The position numbers and the translations under genes were made by a program. From the NCBI GenBank assembly GCA_028534125.1, contig CM052836.1, positions 4,774,001-4,838,000 of the forward strand: a stretch of 64,000 bases of DNA. Reading direction: 5' to 3'. How positions within the stretch are numbered: the first letter of the stretch is position 1; each line of letters opens with the position of its first letter. Below are positions 53,850 through 64,000 of the stretch, one piece after another. This stretch comes from Lama glama. Lineage: Eukaryota. Under the pieces are notes generated by a model. That model was not told where the DNA came from. It did not search any database and worked only from the letters and a program-made list of their open reading frames with translations.

Positions 53850-54920
53850 GCCTCAGTCCTGCTCGGACACCCTAAATTGCCAGCCACTCTCGGCCTTCCT
53901 GCCCCTCGGCGCTGCTTCGTGGGCGCGGGCGCAGGCCTCGCCTTAAGTCTCTTCTTGGGAGAAGAATGCCCCAGGGCTTACAGCTGGATGGCTCGTCGCC
54001 TGCGAGTCGCAGTCTCAGGGATGGCTCCGGAGAGAAGCAGACCCGTCTCCTATTCCCTCCGCAGCCGCGGCCCGCATCTGGGCCGTGATCCGTTGGCGGA
54101 GAAGCGGGGGACGGAGCATCTGGCCACGGTGGCGGTATCCGAGCCAAAACGCCTCACCAGGCTCTGACACCCTGCAGCGGGGCGGGCAGGTGGCCCTGAG
54201 GATTGGCGCTCGGCCCACCCGCGCCGAAGCCCGTGCCGGCCTGGGGCGCCGGGGGCGCGGGGCCCGGGGGCGCGCCCGCGTAGCCGCCGCCGTAGCCCGC
54301 GCGGTAAGGAGCGCCCGCGTAGCCGCCGTAGCAGGAATAGGGCGCCGGGGAGGCGCCGTAGGGGCCGGGGAAGGCGGGCGCGCCGCGGCCCAGGCAGGGC
54401 TTGCCGTCCCGCACCAGCACGGGCACCGCCACCCGGCGCGGCGCGGGGGGGTGGCNNNNNNNNNNNNNNNNNNNNNNNNNNNNNNNNNNNNNNNNNNNNN
54501 NNNNNNNNNNNNNNNNNNNNNNNNNNNNNNNNNNNNNNNNNNNNNNNNNNNNNNNNNNNNNNNNNNNNNNNNNNNNNNNNNNNNNNNNNNNNNNNNNNNN
54601 NNNNNNNNNNNNNNNNNNNNNNNNNNNNNNNNNNNNNNNNNNNNNNNNNNNNNNNNNNNNNNNNCGCGCCCTGGGATGCTCCGAGCCCGCGCCGCGCGTG
54701 CCGCCGCCGCCGCCCAGGCTGCGCTCCAGCACCCGGGTCCCGCAGCCCCGGGGCGAGGCGGCGCTGGGGCCGGGCTCTAGAAGCACAGGAAGGAACACCG
54801 TCAGCGCCAGCCTAAGGCTCACCCGAGCGATCCTTACACTGTTTTCAAGGGACGCCCATCTCCCCAGGTAGCTTTCACTTCGCGCCCCTGTCTCTCCCTT
54901 CTGCCGACCCGTCACCCCGT
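53850..54920. promoter_or_regulatory. CpG island over NKX2-6 exon 2 and proximal 3'UTR
   Basis: Extremely GC- and CpG-rich. Confidence 0.85.
54154..54776 (-). CDS. NKX2-6: NKX2-6 coding exon 2 (homeobox hidden in N-gap 54456-54664); full protein ~300 aa
   Basis: Acceptor TCCTGTGCTTCTAG|AG. Reads (Q)[10 protein letters not shown]...EHPRA-[gap][22 protein letters not shown] (NK2-specific domain), then a Tyr/Gly-rich region and C-terminal GVRAW (GIRAW motif of the NK4 class), then TGA. Frame is preserved across the gap (280+623=903 nt). Confidence 0.92.
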
Positions 54921-55063
54921 CCCAGGAAGGTCTGAATATTCCTTTCCTCCAAGCTCAGTCGATTTTGTATCTCCTGAAATATAATACAAACTATGACCCT
55001 CTTTGGTTCCCAGTGTACAGCTGTTTCCCTAAAGGCAGATTCTTGATCAAGACTCTAAGACAG

Positions 55064-55151
55064 GGAGAGAGAAATAGCGAAGTGGTAGAGCGCATGTTTC
55101 GCATATAGGAGGTCCTGGGTTCGATCTCCAGTGCCTCCATTAAAGAAAAAA
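55064..55151 (+). mobile_element. Vic-1-like SINE in the NKX2-6 intron (antisense to gene)
   Basis: tRNA-like A box (atagcgaagtggtagagcgc) and B box (ggttcgatctcc), A tail, imperfect TSD aagactctaagacag / aaaagtctaatacag. Confidence 0.88.
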
Positions 55152-56149
55152 GTCTAATACAGCTCCATTTCCTTCTTAGGAGGTCTGTATACGGGCTGCT
55201 TGCTGTGATTTTAATTTTAAAGTGTGATCGAGATTGGGGAAGTTTTTGCTGCGAGCCTGTTAGAGACTGACTTTGGACTGCTCTTGGTGGGGAGAGAGAG
55301 ACAGACAGAGAGGCAGAGAGACAGAGAACCAACACTCAGTGACACGCTTGCGGGAGGTTCTTGTCTGCCTGGTTATCCGTCGTGGTCCCGCGTGCATCGC
55401 GGGGTACCCGGCTCCAAGCCCAGGTGCGGGAGTCTCCAGTTCCTCCCACCTTCACCCCACCTTTACACACACCCTTGTCTCTTTGGCCATCAAGTGCTCC
55501 ACGGCACCAGGAACCCGTCCCATCTTTGTTGGATGCGATGCTCTGTGATCCAAATTAAAATAAGGTAGAACAAAACAAAATATTTTCTGGCTCCTGACTC
55601 TTGACTCAGAAACTAAGATTCTTTATGCGGGATGTATAAAGTTGAGATCCACATCTGGCATTTAAAAAAGCAGCCTCTTTCTCCTCTGGGGTCTTCCCAA
55701 GCGGGTGGCGTTGGCTTCTCCTTGATTTCCCTTTCCGGACCGCCAACGCCCCGAAGATCACCCCGGAGGCGGCTGTGCCCAGAGCCTCCCAAAATGCAGC
55801 CCTTCCTCCCTTCTTCCCATACCTCTCCTGTCTCATCTAAGTTCAGTTCTTACCCAAAGGTAGGTAGGAAGGAAACTGAGTTTTCATGGAAACTCATGCC
55901 AGCAGTAAACCAGGAATACTGAGGGATGAAGACACACGTGATGGTGCTGCTTGGAACCCGAAATTCACAACCGCGCTGGCACAGTCTGGGTCGGGGAGCT
56001 GTTCGGTGTTTAAGTTTGAGGAAATAAAATCTGACTTCATAGAAGCTTGTGCTCAGAAAAACCGAAGACACATCTTCCCACAATGAGCGATAATGTGGAG
56101 GTTTGTTTGTTTTCTTAGCAAATCGAAAAGGAACTGCTGGCCTTCGACG

Positions 56150-57100
56150 ACTCTGTGGAACAAGCAGAAACCCACTGGGGAGTCGCTGAGCACGCAGGCC
56201 TAGGCGCTGCCCAGCGCCCCGTGAGTACCCCCCACCACTCCGTCACAGTCACAGGACCCCCTCTCGCCTTGCGTCCTTGAAAGCAAAGTGGATCGGCGGG
56301 GACAGAGGAGCCGCGCAGAGTCCCCCAGGAAGGTCCCTTCCCCGCGCGATCGCTGCTGCGGCCCGGGCTTGCTTCCTGGACGGGAGTGCAGGCCCTTTCT
56401 CAGCGTCCACAGCAGCCGCTGAAGAGTCGCCGCCCCGGTGCGCCCGCAGAGGAGGAACGCGCCACGGGTGCCTTTGGCTGCGTTGAGAGGTGACAGCGGT
56501 GGTCAGAAGAGCGTGACCCTTTTCCGGCCAAGCCAAAGTAAAAGGCGAGTTGGCTGAGCAGCGTAGAGGGAGTTTAGTGTTTATAGTCCCCTGCAGAAAA
56601 CCCAAAGGCTTCTTTTCAAATACGGGAACATTTAACGTTCTCGAGACTCCTGGACCAGCCTGCTAAAGTCGTTGAATAACGCCGGACTAGCATCTTTATT
56701 TCCTTCATGTGGCAAGCTTGACCCTTCAATAGGGTTCACGGCACAGCCGGGCAGAGAAGGACCCAACCCGCGAGGCGCTTCTCGGGGGCACCCAGACCCG
56801 CATGGAGAGCTGGCAAGAGGGAGAGTGGGTTTTTCATCCCTCGGAATGTCAGACTTCTCATGCCAAAGCATCCCGGGTCTCAGGGGCAACCGCATCGCAA
56901 CTCCCCGCCGCCTCTTCCTTTCCTGCCGTGGGTCGCAGCTGCCCGGGCCTTGTGCACCAAGTTGCGCTTTCAGATACCTGGAGCCGAGACTCCATCCGAT
57001 TCGTGTCTCAGAGCAGCTAAAACCCGAGCTGCCCTTACCATGCTTCCAGGTGCGAAGGACCTGCTGCCAGGGCTGTCCACGCCGTGGGGCTCAGACATCA
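56150..57100. promoter_or_regulatory. Intronic CpG island in NKX2-6
   Basis: CpG-dense, non-coding, non-repeat. Confidence 0.7.
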
Positions 57101-57638
57101 TCTTTCTCACTTTCCAGAGAAGGAAATATGGGCAGAGGAATGTCTGGGCTGGCCAGGTCACTTGGCAAGCCCCAGGAAAAGGCTGGACCTAGGACTGACC
57201 CCAGAGTTTCTACTCCCAAAGCGCCCCGGTGCTTTGATGGCTGCACTTAGGCAGACAATTTAGGATAGACAGACTCGCAGAAGGCAGGGGAAGCTGGTGG
57301 TGATGGAGCACAGCTAAGATACTGTGGAGGGTCTTGTTGCAAGAAAAAGAATCTGGTATTTCTGGGAACTGTGCCTGTAAGTGGTGGTGATGCGTCTGCA
57401 GGAATCACAGGACAGGCTGTGGAAACAGTGAACCCCTAAGATTCAGGACTTCATCTTCGTTAGGGTGTTTGGAGGCTGAGAGTTCTGCCTTTTCGACTCT
57501 TCAAATGAAGGAAAAAAGGGCTAGGCCCTCGGAGCCGGGAAGACAAGGAGACGCATGTTCCCCCTACCTGCCAGTTGGTAACGATCCCCCCCCACCCCTT
57601 GGTGTCTCCTAGTAGCCAGGACCTGAGTGTGTACTCAC

Positions 57639-57918
57639 GTGGCTTGCGCATCGGTTCAGCATCCATCTCCGTGACTGTCTCACAGGGACCCTCAAAAGGC
57701 TCCGATCCCTCCTGCCTTCTGTCGCTGTCGCCGCCACAACTACCCGTGTTGTGAACTCCCGAGCCTAGAGGTTCTGGGACCAGGCTCAGGTACTGGGATC
57801 TTTCCGGGTTCCTCCGTGCCCCTTGGAGTTGCAAGGCCTCTGGGCTCATCTGCTCCCGCTCCAGCCTCAGGATGTCATTGACCGAAAAGGGAGTGGAAGT
57901 GACAGGGTTCAGTAGCAT
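57639..57918 (-). CDS. NKX2-6: NKX2-6 coding exon 1 (280 nt, phase-1 donor)
   Basis: MLLNPVTSTPFSVNDILRLERE..., the NK2/NK4 TN domain at the N-terminus as in NKX2-6. Ends ...EMDAEPMRKP C|GTGAGT. Confidence 0.93.
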
Positions 57919-58420
57919 CCCGAAGACGGAGGGGGCGGGGCTGGGGCGTCCCCCGTCCCCACCGAGTGCAACACCCTGAACTTTCCGTTTTGTCGTTGCA
58001 GAAACTGCAGACCCAAGGTCTGGGATAGCCGCCCAGCGCCCCCGACTGCGCCTTCCTCTGGGCCATCCCTGCGAGCCGGGTTACCAGGGCCCAGTGACCA
58101 GACTGCGGACCCCCATTGGTTCCTGCAGAAACCACGTGTTAACCCAGCATCTTCCTCCCACAAACTTTTTTTCTCGGGCCCTTCTAATTCTTCTCCAACC
58201 CCCAGCCACCTTCCGGAAGGGTTGGTTTATACTGACGGTTCTTAAAAGCAAGGAAAACGGGAGAGTGCGCGCGGCTTGTACCTCAGTGAATACGGTACAA
58301 ATGGGAGCTTCCGAGGTCAGCCCAGTGTTCCCCGGGACTCTCCTAGAGGGTGTGCGGGAGTGGGAGGGTGTGTGTGGGTGGAACCCTTGCTCTGCAACCC
58401 GAACCAGTCCTTCCGGCCAG
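57900..58420 (-). promoter_or_regulatory. NKX2-6 5'UTR/promoter region (GC-rich; CCAAT 58119-58115, TATAAA 58231-58226 on minus; palindrome CCTTCCGGAAGG 58209-58220)
   Basis: Motifs are read directly upstream of the ATG. The TSS cannot be determined from sequence. Confidence 0.5.
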
Positions 58421-59889
58421 ATCTTAGCTCAACTCCCTTCTCTTGGCAGAGGAAAACTCAGGTGGAGACCACTGGGCACCCGAGGGAGTGGAGGTGCAAG
58501 AAGGAGTTTTAGTGCGTGCAAGGCCAACCATGGTCAGGCGGCTGGGAGCTCCTTCCAGGGAGTAGAGGCTAGACCCAGGAGGAGCAAGCCTTAACCTACT
58601 AAGATGGAAATGTCTCGCTTAAAGCCGTGTCTGGGTCTGGAAAGCCAGGATCTGCCACTTCCCAGGAGGAGCATCTTAGTGAAGAAAGGGCACGGGAGCT
58701 ATATTGGGGGTGCCCCCAGGCCTCTTTGCAGGTTCCGCTAGAGGGTGGGGACGAGGAAAGGTAATAGCCCCCGCCAGCGAGAAGGTGCGGGGCAGGGGCT
58801 CACCTTGCTCTTCAAGACCCCAAGTTTCTTCTTTTCCTCCCCTTTACGTCCTTAAAGTTGATTGTCTTGAGCGGGCCTGCGTGTGTATACGAACGCGGCG
58901 ACTCCTGAAGGGATGGGATGTTTTCATAAGGATTAAATCTTCAGAAAAACTCCGTGAACACAGCCGGGACCGAGAAAAGAGAGGCAGCGTGTACAATGCT
59001 TTTGTACAAGGAGGTGGAGTCAACAGGTCTAGCCCCGGCTCTGGAACACATCAACTGTGGGCTTTGGGCAAAGTATTCACCCTTCCAATCTCAGGCTTAA
59101 TAAAAAATTGAGGTAAGAACATGCTCATCACAAGATAATTCAGACAATTAAGTGAGATAATGTTATGAAACCATCAATGATTGTTGGCACTCATGCAGCG
59201 AGGTACAGTCAAGAAAACACGATTTGTGGCGGTCAGCAGTCACAGTACTGAATCTAAGAAGTTAAAAAAAGTTTTTTTTTAAACAAAATGATTTCTCACT
59301 AGAGTCTTTTTGGAATTTCAGATTAAAATGTCTTAAATAAGCCTCCTTAGGAGAATTCAATATTGCAAGATCTGACTGGGCTCTATTATTTCCTGAAATC
59401 AAGATAAGCTGAACTTATCTCCCCAGGCTAGTGGGTACAAATTTTCTTGCAAAAACGTATGCAAATCTTTGACAAATTTGATACTTCAGACAGGAGATAA
59501 TTTTTAATCGATTGCATCATTTAACCTTTACATTGAAAATATACACCAAGTATTTTCAGTTTCTTTTTTTTTCTTTTCAGTTTCTTTCCTTTCTTTCTTT
59601 CTTTTTTTTTTTTACTCAGTGAGGAGTCACAATCAAAGAAGTTAAGCAACTCTGCATGGGGGCCCAGCTCGTCAATGGCAGCGCACCCTGCGACTCTGTT
59701 CACCAAAACAGAACTTTATTTTCTCAGAGAGATATTTGCTCTCAGAGATGTCAAAATCTTTTGATGACCCATGTATTTATTTAAATTTTATTTTTTTCTG
59801 TTTATAAAGGCCATGCACACTTTGGAAAAAATTAGGAAAATTTGAAAAGAAAACAAGATCCATCCAGAGGTGATATTTTAGCTCGCTTC

Positions 59890-59893
<4 letters not shown>

Positions 59894-59939
<46 letters not shown>
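59894..59939. repeat. Perfect (TA)23 microsatellite
   Basis: Read directly. Confidence 0.95.
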
Positions 59940-59941
<2 letters not shown>

Positions 59942-59964
59942 ATTAAATATGCCATTTAAATAAA

Positions 59965-60070
59965 TAAATGTATTTATTCATTGAAGTACAGTCAGTTATA
60001 GTGTCAATTTCTAGTGTACAGCACAATGTCCCAGTCATGTATATACATACATATATACATTTTCATATTC
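59965..60070 (-). mobile_element. Lineage-specific L1 extreme 3' tail
   Basis: attgaagtacagtcagttatagtgtcaatttctagtgtacagcacaatgtcccagtcatg. Confidence 0.85.
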
Positions 60071-60449
60071 ATAAATTTTTGCATATATGCTTTCATAGGG
60101 TATATGCAAGCTTGTATATTTTAAATTTACATCATAAGCTTGTCTACCTTCATTAAAGAGTTTTTGCAAATAATTCTAAATTGGCAATATAGTAGTCCAT
60201 GTTACGGATAAATAATAATAAACGTTTATAATTTTAGAGCATAGAGGGTTTTTTTTTTCCTTTTTTCTGTCGCTACGAATAAAACTTCAGAGAACATCTT
60301 TGTGCCTTCATCCCTGTCAACATTTGGGATTCTTTCCTTAGGATAAATATGTAGAATAAACAATGAACCAAATATTTTAATGCTCCTAAAACATATCCCA
60401 GGACTTCCTAGAAAAATAGTATGATGGTGTCGTCCTCCCTGCAGAGGTG

Positions 60450-61160
60450 CAAACGATTGTCTGGTACACCAACCACGCGGGCACCGGAAAGAAGGCGAAT
60501 TTAGTACATTTCCATTCGGAGCACGCTCCGCCCCCTCTGCTCCGGGAGGCGGCTCAGTCGTCGCCTTCCAGGCTGAGGCTAGGGGCGACCCCGGTTAAAA
60601 ACAATTAGCCGCAAGCCTTGCCAGCGTGTTATTCTAGGGTGGAATGCTCCCGGCGGACTGGCGCGCTCCAGGAAGGCGTAGAAAAAAGGACACCTTGGGA
60701 GAGGTTGGCGGCAGCAGCTCTGAGTTCAAATCCTGCTCTCAAGGTCCCCAGCCTTGCCTTTTTTTTTTTTCTTCCAGGTTTGCTGCGAGGGTCAAATGAG
60801 ATTTTGGAAGTGGAAAACCTTTCTAGCCTGTCGCAAGCGGTGCAAATACGAGTCTTCGTTACCGACGGGGCGGCCTGGGCTCAGCCTCCCCGGGGTGAAC
60901 TTGGAGAGCAGCGCCCACATCGCGCTCGCCCACCGCTCGCGGGAGAGAGGCAGCCCTCGGTGGGAACCCGCACCTCGGCTCCGAGCTCTCAGCTCGCCTC
61001 CCTCGGGGTCACTTCCTGAGTCTCGGGACACTCGGGCGCGGGGACCTTGGCGGCAAACCGGCAGGGCCTCCGAGCCCCCGCTTTTCCTCCCCGCTCCACC
61101 CTAGGGCGCACTGAGCCGCACGCGGGAGGGTGAAACCGGCTACGCCGATCCGGTCCCTTC
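60450..61160. promoter_or_regulatory. CpG island ~2.5-3.2 kb upstream of NKX2-6
   Basis: CpG-dense, no credible ORF. Confidence 0.75.
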
Positions 61161-61937
61161 CAGGTCCATTTAAAGTAAATCTCTTCAAAACAGTCCATTG
61201 AATTTTCTCTTTTTTTTCTTATAAAATGATAGTTTGTTTTAAGTGATGGTTTCTCGTGTTTTCCTTTTAGCTATATTGTCTCTGTTTTACAGATAAAGAA
61301 CACAGATGGTCCAAAACCACTCAGCCACCAGAAGAAAATTAGAATCCAGGCTTTCTTAGCACTGATACTGGTTTTCTTTCTGCCGCGCTCCTGTGCTACA
61401 AACGCAAAGCCATCGCCCTTCACAACTCTGCTGTTCCACTTTAATTTCCTCAAGAGAAGAAAGGAAGATTTGAGGGAAAAAAAAGAGGGGGGGGGATTGA
61501 GGTGGAGGACAATCCGACCAAAAGAACTGGACTATTTCACGTACAGTTCTCTTTCTGATTTTTGATCCGTATTTACATCTCAACTCATGGATTCTCGAAA
61601 TAATTCTGTGAGGTGTGTAAAACAGTTACTATTTCTAGTTTACAAAGGAAGAAACCAAGACAAAGAAAGATTAAGAAACCTGTTTTGGGTCACACTTGTC
61701 TCCTCATTTTCTGCACTGTGCTCTTGTGTTTAGAGCACACAGACCAAGATGAATGCAGTGGCTTAGTTACCATCTTTTCTTACGTTTCTTCCCACTTCTT
61801 TGCTCAGTATTTCTTAGCACACTCGTTTCTAAGAAAAATTCACTATACACTTTTGCACTTCATTGAAACAATTACTCCAATATTTCCCAAATTATTCCAT
61901 TCAATTCAGTAGTATTTTCTAAGTACTCATTACATGT

Positions 61938-62065
61938 GGGGAATATAATCACATAATCTGTCAACTACAGCAGGACATTTTAAAAAGAAAGGAAACACTC
62001 ACTGGATGGGATGTCAGGCATAAACCACAGCTGCTCCAGGAAGCCCAGGACATATGGTCACCCTA
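61938..62065 (+). mobile_element. MER94-like hAT-Blackjack MITE
   Basis: Ends caggcataaaccacagctgctccaggaagcccaggacatatggtcacccta, the Blackjack terminal repeat. Confidence 0.6.
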
Positions 62066-62149
62066 TACAGAAGGTACTTTGCAAGCACTCAGGACACAAA
62101 GATAAATAGCACACATTCCATAATCCTCCAGGAATATTCAGTCCAGTAA

Positions 62150-63500
62150 GAGAGATAATAGGTGAACTTCTGTTGTAGAATGTCAAGAATACAGCTTCAT
62201 CTGTTGAACTTGCATTAATGTATCTAATTTCACCCACTTGATGAAGGAAAACATTTTTATTTATAATGATATTGTCATGATCAACATCTATGGTGGGGAT
62301 CTGATGGACGTATTTAACAGGCTGGTTGATGACTGGCACGTGCTTTTTTTTCCGCTGCCACAAGGCAGGCGTACCTGCGGTCACGTGCTTAAGCCCCGCC
62401 CCTCCACTAGCACAGCCCCACCCCGCGAATGGCGGCTGCTCCCAGCACTCATTCCTTCTAATAGGTACTCTTTCACGATTTGCTTTTTTCACTTAACAAT
62501 ATACACCAGAAATCACACCCTATTTGTTCAAAGAGAACTTCCTTATTCTTTTTTTTTACAGTTGTCTCATATATCATTGTGTGAATGTACCATAGTTTAT
62601 GCAACCATTCTTCTCTGAATGAGTTAGGTTTTCCCAGTATTTTGCAATTACAAACAATGTTGTAATGAAAGACATTCTTGCTATGTATAGTCACACCGTT
62701 AGAGATGTCCTTTCAGCGCATATTCCTAGAAGTGGGGTTGTGGGTCAGAAGCAAATGCATGTTTAATTTATTTGGGCTTGCCAAGTTCCCCTCCAGAATG
62801 ATTGTAGAGGCTTGCACTCCACCAGCAGTGGGTCAAAGTGCCTGCCTTTACTGTAGCATCCCGTTCGAAAGAATGTATTAGACCTTCTAATTGTCACCAA
62901 TCTGACAGATGAGACATGGTATCTCAGTGTTGTTTTAATTTGCATTTCTCGAATAATGAGTGAGATGGAACATCTATTTATATGTTTAAGCGATATATAC
63001 ATGTGTGTATGTGTGTATCTATACATATACTTGTCTAATTAATTACAAGTACAAATTTTAAAAACACATAAGCATATATACATAAATACACAGGCATTTA
63101 CACTGGAAGAGACACAATTTAAATTCCTTTCCTCCACTGTTAAATAAATTTTTAAGAGTTTTCTTTATATTAGTGATTTGGGCTATCTGCGCTAGAAGTT
63201 ACGTGTATTTCCTCCTGTTTGCCAGCTGTCTTTTAACTTCTTTTATAGTGTTTTTTTTACCATGCATTTAAAATATGATGGTGTGTATTAATCTTTTCCT
63301 TTATTATCTCTAGATTTGAGTCGTAGTGAGAGAAACTTTCCCTACACGGAGAGTAATCGCCCACATTTTCTTCTAGGATTTGTATGGTTTTGCTGTTTAC
63401 TTTTATCTGGAGTGACTTCTAGTGTATGGTGTGCTTAATGCAGGATCTTTATCAGAATAATATGAGGATCCAATATTAACTTTTTCCAAGTGGCCATTTT
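62150..63500 (-). mobile_element. Old L1 (L1MC4/L1ME-like) antisense fragments
   Basis: tgtaccatagtttatgcaaccattc; cttgcactccaccagcag; tggtatctcagtgttgttttaatttgcatttc. Confidence 0.75.
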
Positions 63501-63639
63501 GGAACCATTTAATGGTTTGCGTGAGATGGCTTTTAGGGGCTCTGTCTGCGAACCCCTGAAAATCAGTGCAAACATCTCAGGGTTAGGGGAGGAACACGGG
63601 TGGAGTACAGAGTGGAGCGGGCAAAGAGATTTATTAATT

Positions 63640-64000
63640 GTTTAAGAAACAGCGGGCTTTTGGATTTCTCCCCGCCGTCTCCCCACAATCCCCTTTTCGC
63701 CTTTCGGTGGCGGACGCGGTTGAGTCCCGCTGGTGGACCGCGGGGCTGGACACCCCCGCCCGGCGCGCGCGGGCCCCTGGGCCTCCTTCCGCGCGCCCGC
63801 CCGCCACACCTCTGCAGCGAAAACGACTATCACCGGGGGCCCGGGGGCCCGCCGGGGCGCCTCTGTGCTGGGCCATCCCTGACCGGGGAGGCGGGGGCGG
63901 AGATTCGGGAGCCACAGGCGGGGCCCGGACGGGGGCGATGCTCCGAGACTCTTATCTGCGTCGCGCTGCCAGCTCCGTTTCAATTAACATTCCAGCGCCC
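63640..64000. promoter_or_regulatory. CpG island (runs off window end)
   Basis: Very GC/CpG-rich (cggcgcgcgcgggc, GC boxes). Confidence 0.8.

Larger units (their letters stand above)
54777..57638 (-). other. NKX2-6: NKX2-6 intron (2862 nt, GT-AG)
   Basis: GTGAGT donor and TAG acceptor in compatible phase. Confidence 0.88.

Noticed and set aside
55064-55151. tRNA-like sequence with A and B boxes
   Set aside because: It has an A-tail, a TSD and six sibling copies in the window, so it is a SINE and not a tRNA gene.
56249-57250. ORFs up to 192 aa in the NKX2-6 intron, also 58094-58594, 60618-61104 and 63634-63983
   Set aside because: GC-rich shadow ORFs, many with non-ATG starts, and no recognisable domain.

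Overview
Mammalian (eutherian) genomic DNA, very probably camelid (Camelus/Vicugna), judged from repeated copies of a Vic-1-like tRNA-derived SINE and lineage-type L1 3' tails. The window holds two intron-containing NK-class homeobox genes, both on the minus strand. NKX3-1 has CDS exons 38034-37722 and 36486-36068 (243 aa), a ~2.6 kb 3'UTR and a TATA/CCAAT CpG-island promoter. NKX2-6 has CDS exons 57918-57639 and 54776-54154 (~300 aa), and its entire homeobox falls inside a 209-N assembly gap. This is the known vertebrate remnant of the ancestral NK4(tinman)-NK3(bagpipe) gene pair. The rest is non-coding: several CpG islands, L1/L2/MIR/SINE/MaLR/ERVL/DNA-transposon relics, microsatellites and six N-gaps. 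Almost all other ORFs in the track are spurious. I found no evidence for a genuinely new protein-coding system. The best leads are regulatory: an NK-binding site fused to the NKX3-1 TATA box, a prostate-type FOXA/GATA/HOX13/NKX motif cluster ~11 kb 3' of NKX3-1, a strong-context overlapping uORF on NKX2-6, possible antisense splice signals over NKX2-6, a CTCF-like site between the two genes, and altered phospho-degron residues in NKX3-1. Repeat family names are from recognition of consensus sequences and need RepeatMasker/Dfam confirmation.
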